Of a stretch of 42,087 nucleotides of DNA, positions 22,021 to 35,079 are shown piece by piece (positions within the stretch are counted from its first letter, which is position 1; each line of letters opens with the position of its first letter). The DNA comes from Octopus sinensis. Lineage: Eukaryota. The notes under the pieces are model-generated. The model was given only the letters and a program-made list of their open reading frames with translations, did no database searches and was not told where the DNA came from. The position numbers were made by a program, and so were the translations under genes. The stretch lies in contig NW_021835175.1 of the NCBI RefSeq assembly GCF_006345805.1, positions 1 to 42,087 of the forward strand, in the 5' to 3' direction.

Positions 22021-22370
22021 AATTCTTAAGCGCCTGACTTTATAGACCCATATTAAAGGAAAGCTTTGTCTTTCTGACACGATATCGCCGGTTGTAGAAC
22101 TACTTCCGTTTCGTACACATAACCACTTTTAGTTTCCTGGAGAAAAAGAAACAAGAAAGACAAATAAATAAAGAAAGAAAAAAAGAAAAGAAGACAGAAA
22201 GAAACAAAGAAAAGAAGTACGAAACGAAAAAAGAAAGACAACTAAGAAACATAGACGAGGAAGTAGTAGGAAGAATGGTGATGATACACTTTGTAATGGC
22301 TTTCTTTTCTTTCTTTTCTTCTTGCTTCGATATTATTTGTTTAATGTGTACGGACTTTCCTTCCTTGCAC

Positions 22371-22374
<4 letters not shown>

Positions 22375-22416
<42 letters not shown>

Positions 22417-22521
22417 TATATATATATTATAATTATACATAAACACATACATACATATATATGTGTGTATATATGCATATATATATACATATATATATGT
22501 TTATATATGTATATATATATG

Positions 22522-22564
<43 letters not shown>

Positions 22565-22770
22565 TAAACATATATATATGTATATATATATGATATATAT
22601 ATACCTATATATATATGTTTATATATGTATATATATATGTGTATAATATTATCTAATATATATATACATACATATATAAACATATATATATATATGTATA
22701 TATATATGCATATATATGTGTGTATATATACACTTAGTTATATGTGTGTGTATATATATATTTGTGTGTA
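22375..22770. repeat. Long degenerate (TA)n/(TATG)n tract
   Basis: Directly visible. Confidence 0.95.
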
Positions 22771-23338
22771 GAGAAACGTGATGTCTTATGTTTTGTTCTG
22801 TTTTCGTTTGTTTTGTAAGGCTTTGAAATTTTTTTTCTTTCTTATACCACTTGTTTCATTCTGTGTATTTACTTACAGAACATGTACTCTTCTATGGTTA
22901 GATGTGTAATAAGAAATGGCGAGTATCTGTTAAAAAATATATATGTATATATATGCATATATATATATATATATGTGTGTGTGTATGTGTGTGTGTGTAT
23001 GCATATATGTATGTATGTATGTATATGATTGTGTGTATGTGTGTGTAGAATGTGTGCGTATATTTGCGTGAATGTTTGTCAGTGAGGAACTTCTTTCATC
23101 ATATTCTTCCGTCTTCAACACCTACACAAGCTGTGGTATAACTTAGATACCCGCATACAAAGACCATACTCACCTACACCTGCGCGCACACATTCGTATG
23201 CATACAAACGTACACGCACACACGCATGCATTTATGGTTAAAGCCATGTGCACACACACACACACACACACACATATATAATTATATATGCATACACATA
23301 TATATGCATAAATATACATACATGTATATATGTGTACG

Positions 23339-23371
<33 letters not shown>

Positions 23372-23384
23372 ATGTGTAGACAGC

Positions 23385-24055
23385 TAGCTGGATGGATTCT
23401 CCGAACTTTCAGAACAAGAGAGAAGGAGACACTGATGGTCCTGTGGAAAACGTTCGTCCTCAGCCGCTTGGACTACTGCTCCCAACTATGGTCACCACAC
23501 AATATAAAACTAACAGCAGAACTCGAAGCAATTCAAAGAAGCTACACAAAGAAGATCGTCTCAATGCAACACAGCAGCTACTGGGAAAGACTGAAAGTAT
23601 TAAAACTCTTCTCCCCAGAGCGAAGACGGGAGGGATATGCGATGATATACATCTGGAAAATCCTGGAGGGTCTTGTTCCAAACTTTGGCATTCAAAGTTA
23701 CCCCAACCGCAGAACAGGGCGCCACTGCATGGTGCCAAAGATTCCAACATCACCATCAAAATACAGGACCAGATACTGCAACAGCTTGGGTTTCAGAGGA
23801 CCACAGCTCTTTAACATCCTCTCTAAATGCCTGAGAGACTTACATAGTGTGGATGTGGGTTTCTTTAAAACTAAACTGGATCTCTTCTTGTTGGGAGTCC
23901 CAGGTGAACCTACCTCACGACAGGAGACAGATGCAGGCAGTGGCATCGAACTCCCTTGTTGACCAAGTGTCACGTATCAGAGGTGGATTCACATATTAGT
24001 GTAGCTCATTCAGCGGTGGTGCCCCAGTATGGCCGCAGCCTTCGGGCTGAAACAT
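23385..24055 (+). mobile_element. 5'-truncated CR1-group LINE: ORF2 C-terminus plus 3' UTR
   Basis: Open frame LWKTFVLSRLDYCSQLWSPH..LEAIQRSYTKKI..YWERLKVLKLFSPERRRE..FNILSKCLRDL..FKTKLDLFL matches the CR1/L2-group post-RT region; 3' stem-loop CAGCC-TTCG-GGCTG. Confidence 0.9.
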
Positions 24056-24301
24056 TTTTAAGGATTTAAAGCTTTTTATATGTATACAATTGAATAAGCA
24101 GAGTCAATAAGAAGCAGTACGGTTAGACGGTTATTTAATGAACGCTAGACATGTTTCGATACAACATAGTTCCACATATACACAAGATTTAAAGTAAGCA
24201 ACGGTTTACCTATATAATGGATACAGTTACATCTTCTCAGGTGATATATAATTGCTACGCTGATAGTAAATCCTTGACTTCGATGCTAACACATCCACAT
24301 G

Positions 24302-24356
<55 letters not shown>

Positions 24357-24504
24357 GATATATATATATATAATATATATACACATATATATATGTGTGT
24401 GGTGTATATATACATATATATACACATATATATTATGTGTGTGTGTGTGTGTATATATATATATTATTATATATATAATATCTATATATATTATATATAT
24501 ATAG

Positions 24505-24886
24505 ATATATTATACATAAATGGCAGTTTTCTGTCTGTCACTCTGTCTGTTACTAATTTGCCTATACCAGTGAACCAATCTTGAGAAAACTTTGCATACA
24601 TATTAAACTAACATCCAGTTCAATTACAGGCTAATTGGATTGCAATAAAAGTCTATAATGGGCACCCCTAGGAGTGTTGGGTTCTTATATGATAAAATGA
24701 GAAGGGTGCAAAAAGTGTTAGTACGAGGGAAATGTTGTAGCATAGTGAGTGTGAATGATATCATGAAAGGGGAAAACAGCGTTGTGTAAGCGGCAAATAT
24801 GGTATAGCAATGGGATGTAAAAGTTAATACAGCTGTCATGTACACGCGACACTGCATACATACTTTCGTAAATACATAGACACATG

Positions 24887-24900
<14 letters not shown>
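24505..24900 (+). mobile_element. Probable Helitron-like 5' fragment
   Basis: TATACATAAATGGCAGTTTTCTGTCTGTC..AACCAATCTTGAGAAAACTTTGCATAC resembles the 5' ends of the other Helitron-like elements; no CTAG end found. Confidence 0.35.
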
Positions 24901-24927
<27 letters not shown>

Positions 24928-25065
24928 ACATGCACAAATGTAATTTTAAAAATGCTGAGGAAGGAAAAGAAAGGTTGTGTGAGGAATGAATACTTTAAGG
25001 AATGAGGAGTAGGTGGCTTTTCTGCTGTCCATCGCAAAGAAACACTCACACACACACTATATATA

Positions 25066-25104
<39 letters not shown>

Positions 25105-25122
25105 CGTACGTACATACATATG

Positions 25123-25776
25123 TCTGCTACACAACATTTTAAACTCGTGATTACTTGTACGTTTGTAAATGTGTGTGTTTGTGTGTCTGTGCCGGTGGGT
25201 CTGTGTGTGGGTCTGTGTGTGGGTCTGGTGTGACGTCCTATAACTGTCTGTGTCTCTATTTTTGTAGGGTCTTCCTTGTTGCCATCACATACTGTGGAAT
25301 TTTAAAATTATGTCGAAATTTTAAAATTTGGAATATTGAAATAATTTTCCAGGTTAAATCTGAATTTGTTATTCATTTGTTCCAGAAAAATTGCAGAGAA
25401 ATGTTACTGAGGTTTCGAGTTTAATCAATTTTACCTAATCAGAAAACAGGATTTGGAAGCTGTCATTTACTGCATGACTGCTGTCTATCATGAAATGAAA
25501 GCAAAATCATTACGAGGAGGAACTTTTATAAAACAAACGAAAGCAAAGCATTACGATGACTAGAGTTGTGAGAACTTCTTAAGCTTTACTAAGTTTTAAT
25601 GAATAAATTCATGTGAAAACAATCATCAACGAATTTTTTGCGAAAACTTGCAAAAATCTGTCCTGATCAAGATGCATGTCTGTCGGGGAAGGCATGATCT
25701 GACATGGAATAAACAAAAATTTATATAAGACATTCTATTGTAAAAATTTCCCGGCAACGACGGGCTATTCAGCTAG
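25123..25776 (+). mobile_element. Non-autonomous Helitron-like element
   Basis: 3' hairpin CCCG-GCAACGA-CGGG followed by CTATTCAG-CTAG|T; TC start at about 25123 is approximate. Confidence 0.7.
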
Positions 25777-25830
25777 TACATATACATACATACCTACATA
25801 CATACATACATACATACATACATACATACA

Positions 25831-25866
<36 letters not shown>

Positions 25867-27111
25867 TATGTATATATATACATATACACAATACACACAA
25901 TGTGTGCTTGTGTGTGTGTTTGCATGTATGTATATATATGTATGTAAATATGTATATATATATATATATATATGCACATGTGCTTATATTTGTATATATA
26001 TATATATTTGATTATACATATATAAATATACACAAACTCATACACAAATATATATATAGATGATATCCAGAGATTCTCGGTATAGCAAACAGTTTGAAGC
26101 GTTGAAATGATTCGAACTTAAACTCCGCGGGGTAGGGAGTAGCTATAAGAAGAATCCAGATTAGTAGACATGGAGGCAATTATGCGGATTGACAATTTAA
26201 ATATAACGGCTTGAGCTTCATAAACAAAATATACATGTCTTGCAAACAACTTGCTTCTGCAAGTGCTACCAGTGAAAAACTCCGCATATAGGAAGCCAGC
26301 AAATGTATGGGATCATCAGGAGAGAATGCGCGCCGTTTCGAGACCTACATCTCGACGGCATCAATGCGCATTGATATGAGGCCCCGCTTGCTAGATCAAC
26401 TGGTTATCAAGTAAAGCTCAATATTCTTCTAGCCATCACTTATCGTCTCTTTTTAACCAAATCCAGTGTCTAGCCTTTTCCACTATAGTTTGAATATAGT
26501 CATGGTGGTATTTACTTTACAATGTGGTAGGCCTAACGATAACAATAGTCATCTCACACCGTGTCCAACAAACCTTTCCAGCCGGCGTCTTCACATTCCT
26601 CGAGGAGGTTTACATAACGGTCAACCTTTCAGAAAGAAAGCAATGCCTGAAGATTTTCAGACTATGATATATATATATGCGTGCGTTTGTGTGTGTGCGT
26701 GCGCGTGCGCGTGTGTAGATAGTTAAATAGATAGATAGATTGATAGATAGACAGATCAAATGTACATAGAGTACAAGCGACAGAGATAATTAAAGAGGAG
26801 GAGGTAAGGCGTTAGAAGTCCAACAGCTATTTCTGGGGATTTGGAGATCCATCATAATATTAGTAGATCAAACCCAAGCTGCTATATTTAATTTGTTTAT
26901 CCTCATAAAGGTATCTATATATATGGATCAAGAGGGTTATATATATATATATATATGGATCAAAACAGTTTGATTCAAATTCGTTAGTAGTTAGAGTTTC
27001 AAGCGTGTTGCTAGTCGTCAGCCATATTGAATTTGAATAACAGAAGTTGATTGTTATTACCGTAAGGTAGTTTGCGATTGGTCGAGGCAGGTAACGCGGT
27101 GTCGTGGTTTG

Positions 27112-27338
27112 ATCAGAAACGTTAGCACGCCGGGCGAAATGCTCAGCGGTATTTCGTCTGTCGTTACGTTGTGAGTTCAAATTCCGCCGAGGTCGACTTT
27201 GCCTTTCATCCTTTCGGGATCGATAAATTAAGTACCAGTTACGCACTGGGGTCGATGTAATCGACTTAATACCTATGTCTGTCCTTGTTTGTCCCCTCTG
27301 TGTTTAGCCCCTTGTGGGTAATAAAGAAATAGGTATAT
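27112..27338 (+). mobile_element. SINE family A, 5'-truncated
   Basis: Near-identical body to 11312-11541; ends AAAGAAATAGGTAT. Confidence 0.9.
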
Positions 27339-27540
27339 GGGTAACAGTTAGATATACATACATGCACACACAAATACATATGTGTGTGTATGTGTGTGTG
27401 TATGTGTGTGTGTGTGTGTGTGTGTTTTTGACTCTTATTTCTTGCAATACTGGTGCTGAATAGCGCCCTCAATAGCGACGTATATAATTTTGCCTTTTGG
27501 TTGAAAAATTGCTAACGACCCACCCTTATTATATGTATAT

Positions 27541-27745
27541 AGTTAATCCAAACATGAACAAGCAAGAAAAAAAAAACAACGCGAGGACGTGGAATAAGTA
27601 CAGTGTTATTGGACGTACAGGAAAGGAAAGAAAAGAAAGATGATTTCAGGTTTCGAGCGGAGCTCTTCGTCAGAAATATGGAAATATAGAAATATAGAAA
27701 AAGTCCAAAGAAGGGAAGACGGAGAAAGAAAAGCGCCAACGATAC
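27541..27745 (-). mobile_element. H1-related repeat with canonical hammerhead core
   Basis: Minus strand ATTT-CTGACGA-A-GAGC-TCC-GCTC-GAAAC-CTG-AAAT; downstream CCTGTACGTCCAATAACACTGTAC parallels H1 CCTGAGCGTTATACTAATAC. Confidence 0.65.
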
Positions 27746-27843
27746 ACACACGCTCACATTTTGAAATGACCGGAAGGGAATTGGTGTGGCAACTCCGGCA
27801 CTCGGGCTGTTCTCTCTCTCTCCTCTCTCTCTCTCTCTCCTCT

Positions 27844-27878
<35 letters not shown>

Positions 27879-27949
27879 GGCGTGTGTGTGTTGTATGTGT
27901 GTGTATGTTTTTGTCTGTGTGTGTATCGATAAAAAGGGTCACTTGATTA

Positions 27950-28260
27950 CAACGATCCCAGTGCTTAGCTAAAACTTATTTCATCGATCCGTAAGAGATA
28001 AAACAAAGTTGACCTCGGTGCAATTTGAACACAAACCGTAAAGACGGACAAAATGCTTAACGGCATTTTGTCCTGCGTGCTAACGATTCTGCCAGCTTGC
28101 AGCCTTGCATATATTAACAATGATTTCAAATTTTGATACCAGGGCAGCAAGTTCGAGGTATGGGTATGTCGACTATATCGATCTCAGCCCGAAAGGATGA
28201 AAGGCAAAGTTAGTCTGGCAGAATTTGAACTCTGAACGTGAAAATGGACGAAATGTTAGC
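27950..28260 (-). mobile_element. Two decayed family A-type SINEs
   Basis: GCTAACGATTCTGCCAGC and GGATGAAAGGCAAAGT..ATTTGAACTC are reverse complements of the family A head and core. Confidence 0.75.
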
Positions 28261-28329
28261 TGCCTGAGGGGTTTAGTCAAGTAGTTCGACGCAGCCCCCT
28301 CTCTATTTTAGAGACACTGGAAGGAACAA

Positions 28330-29290
28330 AAACAAAGTGTGTTGGGTTGTGTTTCTGTTGGAAGAAACAAGATTGGCTTGTTCCATGTTCCCACTGGATG
28401 ATGCTTTCGTGGTCTGTATTTGCAGATTCAGAGATAATTTCGCATAAGTATTGGCAGAATGCTGTGATATATTACTGGATTATGTATTACTGGAAGTGAG
28501 GGTAGCCTAAGTCATTGGTGTATATGAGGAAGAGTATAAAGAACAGAATAAAACACTGAGGCACATTAAAGTTAATAGGTTGTCAGTAGCGTAGCCAGGT
28601 GAGGGCGAATGGGGCGGACTGTCTTGGGTGATGCTTTTATGGGGTAGCGATTTCGGTTCTGCTATATAAGTGTGTATAGATAACGTGGATGGAAAATTCG
28701 GGTCGGCAATAGTAAAGGCTATCCCAGGCAGCACATATTCTAAGTGCACCATTGTAGTGTACGGATCGGAGAGAATTCCCTCAATACTGGCTGCGATCAA
28801 ACAAGAAACAAACGATTCAAGGCATGAGACAGATTGAATCCACATACGGTAGGCTCGGACAGGAGATTCCTATCATTGACACAATCGAAAGCTTTACTGA
28901 TGTCGAGAGGAAACATTGCTGATTTCACCAATATTTTCCGAGAGCGAAAGTCCGCATGTGAATGGCATAGCAGAGCAAGTCTACTATAAATACATCATTA
29001 CAAAAGCTCTATTGCTATTCATTAAAGAGGAAGAGCAATTCAGTGTTGTCGTTGATAATAGCAAACATTAATTATCGTTAGAATACTGGAAATGAGTACA
29101 ATAGAAAGACAGTAAGCAGTCAGAGGGGCTGCCCTTCTTGGGAATGGAAGTCACTGGAATATGCTTCCTAAGATCGGAATATAGCCAGAGAAAGAGAGAG
29201 GGGAAGGAGTGATTGAAGAGCTTGCAGACTACAAAGGCTAGGTCTGGGGCGTATTCTTTGAGAAATAATAAAGGAACCAGAGATATTTTT
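28330..29290 (-). mobile_element. CR1/Jockey-group LINE reverse transcriptase relic
   Basis: [33 protein letters not shown] and IIQW..ANLV motifs occur in order on the minus strand; multiple frameshifts. Confidence 0.75.
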
Positions 29291-29296
29291 GCACTC

Positions 29297-29298
<2 letters not shown>

Positions 29299-29378
<80 letters not shown>

Positions 29379-29415
29379 CGTGTGTGTGCGTGCGTGTGCG
29401 TGCATGCGTGTGCGT
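29299..29415. repeat. (TG)n/(TGCG)n microsatellite
   Basis: Directly visible. Confidence 0.95.
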
Positions 29416-30044
29416 GAATGTAGGCGAGCTTAGTGGAGTGGATGGGTATAGTTTTGGTGAGATTTTACTTGCGTGTAGAGTATGGACTTTGGTGCAAACC
29501 AGGTGGTGAAGGTCAAAACTGTTTTTGCACGGGTACTGCTCACAGGGCCAGTAACGAAAACTAGAATTTAATTGAAATATCTGAGGATTGAAACCGTATT
29601 ATAGTCCTGTCTTGCCGGAACGTTTTGTTTTGACATGTATGGATATATTGAAATCGTGCACTGACTGGTTATCAGATAAGTTCCGATAAATGAGTGTTTC
29701 AGTTGTGTTATCAACGGAACTATCTACTTTATATACTAGATAATTCAAGTGGCCGAGTATTCCACTTATGACCATGATGTGATTATCAAGCAATATGAGT
29801 CAATGCGAGCAACTGGGCTGGGATTTAGAATTATAGGTACGGACCATCAAGTGTCAGCCTACTCAATATTACTCTCAAGGCCAGATTCATTAAGTCCTTA
29901 GAACAAATAAAGCATATATGAAATTTGACAGCGACAGTAAAGTACATATCAAGTACTAAACTAATGTAATACACAACTTAATTTTCCAAAATTAGGCAAT
30001 ATTTTCTCAGTTAAAAAAATATATCAATATATGTGCACGTGTGC

Positions 30045-30205
30045 ACGTATGTATGATTAAAAAGCTCGGTTTTCAACCACATGGTTTCGGGTTCAGTCCC
30101 ATTGCGCGGTACCTTAAGCAAATGCTTTCTGCTTTAGCCTCAGGGCAACTGACGCCTCATGAGTGGGTTTTTCACACAGAAACAGTGTGGAAACCCGTCG
30201 TAAGA
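30045..30205 (+). mobile_element. SINE family B 5' half, decayed
   Basis: CAACCACATGGTTTCGGGTTCAGTCCCATTGCGCGGTACCTT. Confidence 0.75.
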
Positions 30206-30256
30206 ATATATTTATTTACATAAGTATATATTTATATGTGTATGTATGTGAGAGAG

Positions 30257-30296
<40 letters not shown>

Positions 30297-30491
30297 CATG
30301 TATGTGTATCTGTGTTTACCGAACCGCATGTTGGAATGCCTGAAAGTCATAGACAGACGAAACAACTCACCCATGGTCCAGTCCAGGAGTGTCAGATACT
30401 GACTGGGGAAAAGTAGGGTGGATTATGTTGAAGAATAAACTTCATTTGGTCGTGTACCATGAGAGTGTCTTAGTCAGCTTATAAACCTTTC

Positions 30492-30699
30492 AGCCGCGCC
30501 TGTTTTTTTTTTTTTCATTCTCTCCCTATTTATTATTCTTTTATTTTAATCCTCTCTATATCTATTTCCTTTTATTCCTCTGTCGAAGAGCCTAGGCTCG
30601 AAACGAAAAGGACTCTTCCATTTCTCCTGAGCGTCAAACTAATACACTTCCTTGTTCCTACAACTGTCTTCGTCTTTTTCTTTTTCTATAAAATTGAAC
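30492..30699 (+). mobile_element. Family H1 repeat, diverged
   Basis: CTGTCGA-A-GAGC-CTAG-GCTC-GAAAC-GAA at about 30580-30607; 3' end abuts (TA)n. Confidence 0.7.
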
Positions 30700-31119
30700 T
30701 ATATATATATATACATACATACATATATGTAAATATATATATATATATATATTTATATATGTATATATATATAAATATTATGTATGTATATGAACAAGTA
30801 ATCAATATAAGACTTAATCTATTAAATAAACTTCAATAAATTTCATCAAATAACTGAAATGAAGTAGATTAGATGTTAAAATAGATTATCCTTTTATTCC
30901 ATAATCTTCGACTTTTGTTCCTGGCGAAAAAGACCAAGATTTCTTATAAAGAGAACATCACAAAAGTCGAATTTGTACTCTCTAGTAGGTGAGATTTAAA
31001 GGAAAATAAACAAAAAAAAAATTAAGGCAACCAATTTTTTTCAATTTTTCCAAAGCAAAATGTTGTACTTCGGGTCCGAGCGTTGCAATGAAATGGTAAA
31101 GGAAACACAATTATGACAC

Positions 31120-32066
31120 TACCACATTTATTTGATATGACTACCTCTGTTTCGAATCACAGCCTTAAGTCACGGTGCGAATGCTTCACACGCGGAACGC
31201 AGCTGTTCTTGCAGAATCAAAGCCCATTCTTGGTACAGCTTTGCCTTCAGACCGTCGAGCGAAGCATAAGATAGCTCAATACCCTCGTCTCCAAAATGAA
31301 CCGAGCAGGAAAATCTAACGGGTTGGGATTGGGGCTTCTTGAGGGCCATACATCCTTACGTATGAACGATAGTATGTTTTTCTATCAAGTGTTGTGTCTT
31401 TTTGGAGCTGTGGAATGGTACCGAGTCCTGTTGGAAGCTCCAAGGTGCGCCTTGAAAGTGACCATTCACCTATAGAAGTTCAACTTCAAGAATGTCGCCA
31501 TTGTATCACTGGGTGTTAATTTTAACACTTTAGGGCACAAAATGGGGGGAGTCCTTAAAGTGGCTATCACAGACGCCCAAACCATAACTGACTGTGGATT
31601 TTGAATTCGATTTAGGAGTCTACCCTGGACGGAGCCAGATACACTCCAAAGTCGGTAATTCTGGCAGTTTACTGCCTGTTCGATGTCAAATTTCTTTTCA
31701 TCAGTGAACACCAGGTAGGTGTCAGCAATATGACGCAAGACAAAACGATTTCTCTCCAATCTTATCATCTCACAAATTGCGTGATCTCATGACAACGGAT
31801 CATCTTGTAGTGATGGGTCCTGACATGCTCCTTCAGCACTCGATATATCGATGATCGTCTTATTTTCGCTTTGGCAGCCAGTTTCCTAACAGAACGACGA
31901 GGATTTCACCGTATCTTTCCTCTAGTACTTTTGATCAGCTGAGGGGTCTGCAAATTTCCGGTCACCTCCAGGTTGATCAGCGGTAGTACCAGTCTCTTGA
32001 AATTTCTTTGTTTGCATATATATATATATGCACACAATGACACGCTCATACGCCCTCGCTCTCTCA

Positions 32067-32111
<45 letters not shown>

Positions 32112-32287
32112 GCGCACACACATACACACACACACACTGACACATACGCACAGACGCACTCAGAAATGTTGTAGGCGTATATTTGTGTATTTTATATACA
32201 GATGTGTCTAAATGTCACATAAAGTTTGAAAATATTTAAATAATTAACAAAACTCTCCATGACTTTTGCAGTACCCCTTATCCTGTA
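31120..32287 (-). mobile_element. Tc1/mariner DD37D (maT-like) transposase relic, interrupted by microsatellites
   Basis: LVFTDEKKFDIEQAVNCQNYRLW..QNPQSVMVWA..VWPSRSPNPNPLDFS..LKAVIRNRGSHIK; terminus-like sequence near 32255-32287. Confidence 0.8.
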
Positions 32288-32366
32288 TGCACACTCACAA
32301 TAACACACAAACGCACACACACACACACACACACACCACACACACACACACACACAAACGCACACA

Positions 32367-32397
<31 letters not shown>

Positions 32398-32974
32398 TAC
32401 ATAGACACACATGCATTTACACATTTATACATACTTACAGATATACGTACACACACACACACATATATATACATATGTGTATATTATATATATATATATA
32501 TGCGCTTATGCCGAGTATGACTAAGAAGCTATAACTTTCACTGTTGTATTTTCTATGGACATCAATTAATGCTGTTGTCTTTAGTTTTCAGACTGCGAAC
32601 CGAACGATGAGTGATATACATACAAGGGGTTACTGTTGTCGAGAACTGAATATCACCAGTAAGTGGATCCATGAATAAGCAGGAACCAAGAGACAAACAC
32701 ATGTTTGATCGTAAAATAAACGATCTGCAACAGGTGGCACCAAAGATAGAGCTTAGAAAACGGAAGAAAGCGGTTAAGTTAATCTGTCTGGGCGACCTCG
32801 TTTTGAAATTAAGAGGCGTTTAAGCAAAGTGCATAACACAACTAAAGATATTAGAATACTAATGCCGTTGTTGTTGTTGTTGTTGTTGTTTGGTCTGCGG
32901 TCAATTCTGATTGACCTCATGATCAATTACATTCGAAGCATGACAATTTTTTTGTTTCTTTTTATTTTTTGGTA

Positions 32975-33180
32975 TTGGCGATCGGGCAGAATCGTCAATG
33001 CGGCAGACATATGCTGAGCGCCATTTCGTCCATCATTACGTTCTGGGTTCAAATTCCGCCTTAGTCGACTTTACGTTTAATCCTTTCAAAATTGGTAAAA
33101 TAGGAGCCACTTGAATACCGAGGTCGATCGACCCCCAAAATTTCAGTCCTTGTGCCTTTAGTAGAAAATATTATTTTTTT
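32975..33180 (+). mobile_element. Old family A-type SINE
   Basis: GGCAGAATCG..TTACGTTCTGGGTTCAAATTCCGCC..GTCGACTTT. Confidence 0.75.
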
Positions 33181-33243
33181 CCCCCCGATGTACTGTATCA
33201 AGGTATATATTATCAAATGCGTCCTCCGTTTTTAAAGAAGGTA

Positions 33244-33585
33244 AAAGGGGTAAAGACCCCCTTCGGTCATGAATGACCATGGGATTGCACCTAGAAAGTT
33301 ACCCTCCTAGACACAAGTCCGGGCACGGTTGTTTATGGAAGACCAGCAGTCGCCCATGCATACCAGCCTCTCCTCTCCACGACACTAGTGTTATCCAAGG
33401 GAAAGGCAAAGGGGCCGATACAGCTTGACACCTGTGACGTCGCAACTCATTTCTACAGCTGAGTGAACTGGAGCAACGTGAAATAAAGTGCCTTGCTCAA
33501 GAACACAACACGCAGCCCGGTCCGGGATTCGAGCTCACAACCTCACGATCGTAAGCTCGATGCTCTAACCACTGAGCCATGCGCC
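33244..33585 (-). mobile_element. tRNA-derived SINE family D, full length
   Basis: Head AGGCGCATGGCTCAGTGGTTAGAGC..GAGCTCGAATCCC on minus strand; 13-bp TSD TTTAAAGAAGGTA at 33231-33243 and 33586-33598. Confidence 0.92.
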
Positions 33586-34035
33586 TTTAAAGAAGGTATA
33601 GTTTTTAAATAAGGTATAGTTTTTAAAGAAGGTATATGACTGCTATTTCTACCAGACTGTGCGACAATTTAGAAGTTTTCTGTTTGACTTGTGGGGGTGA
33701 GTATTTTAAAGGCATATCAGAGAATCAAAGATAAGCACTCCACCAGTCAATAAGCCTATTTTATGTGAGCCAAATGGACTTGAGACTAAGCTATCTGACA
33801 AACAGCACATTTGGTGTGAATTCAGATATACTTCGGGCATTACATTCTACAGTTTGGACAAAAGACTAATTTCGAAACACATTTATTTACCTGCCTGCGG
33901 CTGCTAGAGATTGGTTTTTACTCTGTGTTAGATTAGTGTTTAAACAAATGGAGGTATATACTTCTTTTCATGGCCTCATACACCACATTTCGTTATCCAA
34001 ATATTTTCTGAGACTCTGATGCATTTTTATACACA

Positions 34036-34426
34036 TCTATATATATAAAGCTGAAGTTGTCTGTGTGTGGTAGGTTTGGTAGCCTTCAACTAACACTATC
34101 TCCTCCGAGACCCTGCGGCGTAAGTTGACCAAAATTGAAAGTATGATAGAAGAAAACTTGCTCTTCATTCTGTAGAAGATAAAATTCAAATCGGACCATG
34201 TTAAGACCAAAAATTATTTACATCAAAAAGGTGATTTTTTTTCTATGAAAATCCCTATTTTTTACGACTTTTTGACTGCTGTGTTGCCATTTTTCGGTGT
34301 ATTTCAACCAAAAAAATGTTCACTTAAAGAGAATAACAAGCTACATAATGCAACATGTTTACTTTTCAAAAGTTCCAATTCTAAAGGGTCGAAAGAAACC
34401 CAAGCAACGCCGGGCGATACTGCTAG
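34036..34426 (+). mobile_element. Non-autonomous Helitron-like element (391 bp)
   Basis: A|TCTATATATATAAAG...CCCAAGCAACGCCGGG-CGATACTG-CTAG|T: TC start, subterminal hairpin remnant, CTAG end, A/T target and no TSD. Confidence 0.85.
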
Positions 34427-34950
34427 TATATAATAAAGTTGTCTTCAAAAACTGAAAATATATTTCTAACATATAATAAAATTTAGTACGTCTTATTGAT
34501 TGAACAATAATATGCATGTCCGTAGAAAAAGTGTTTACTCATCAAAGTAATGTATAGTTCACATGGATGTCTTTATTCGGGTTCTTATTGCTGTTGTTGT
34601 TAATATTGTTAATGTTTAGTACCAGACTATGCAATTTCAATGTCATGATTATTTTGTCTGTTTGTAGATATCTTTTTTATTTTGCGTTCGTGTATTGTAT
34701 TTTGTTATCTTGACTTTGGGCCATATGGGTTCCTGACTTCGTTTTTTCTGGTAAAAGAGATCGACCATACTAGGGGAAATGTTCTGGTTTGAGTTCGATT
34801 CAAACAGTGAATTACTATAAGTCATTTTCATAGGCAAAGGGTAAGTATATATTTGTTACTAAGTCAGCGAACTCTGAACATCTCAAAACAATTTCCTTCA
34901 ATTTATGTGTGCGAAAAAAATACCAACATATATTCACATATGATTAATAG

Positions 34951-35079
34951 TGGTCCATCGAAGAAATGAGCCCTGCAAAGTGGAATGGCTGCTGCAACGA
35001 GTGCCATGGAACATTCTCCGCAGTAACGCCATCACGGTCGTTACCGCGGGGAGCGACCGAGCACACCATTTGACCTGGA
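34951..35079 (+). CDS. Candidate internal coding exon (129 bp, phase 1-1) of an unidentified host gene
   Basis: GC-rich island bounded by TTAATAG| and |GTAAGT; open frame VHRRNEPCKVEWLLQRVPWNILRSNAITVVTAGSDRAHHLTW; in-frame stop three codons upstream of the acceptor; family not recognised and acceptor is weak. Confidence 0.4.

Noticed and set aside
23330-23962. 210-aa ORF as a host gene
   Set aside because: Its N-terminus is microsatellite and the rest is the C-terminus of a CR1-group LINE ORF2 followed by a LINE 3' UTR.
26333-26359. Hairpin whose minus strand (CCGTCGA-GATGTAGGTCTC-GAAACGG) resembles the H1 motif
   Set aside because: The flanks show no similarity to H1 and there is no stem I or UH triplet; too weak to call.
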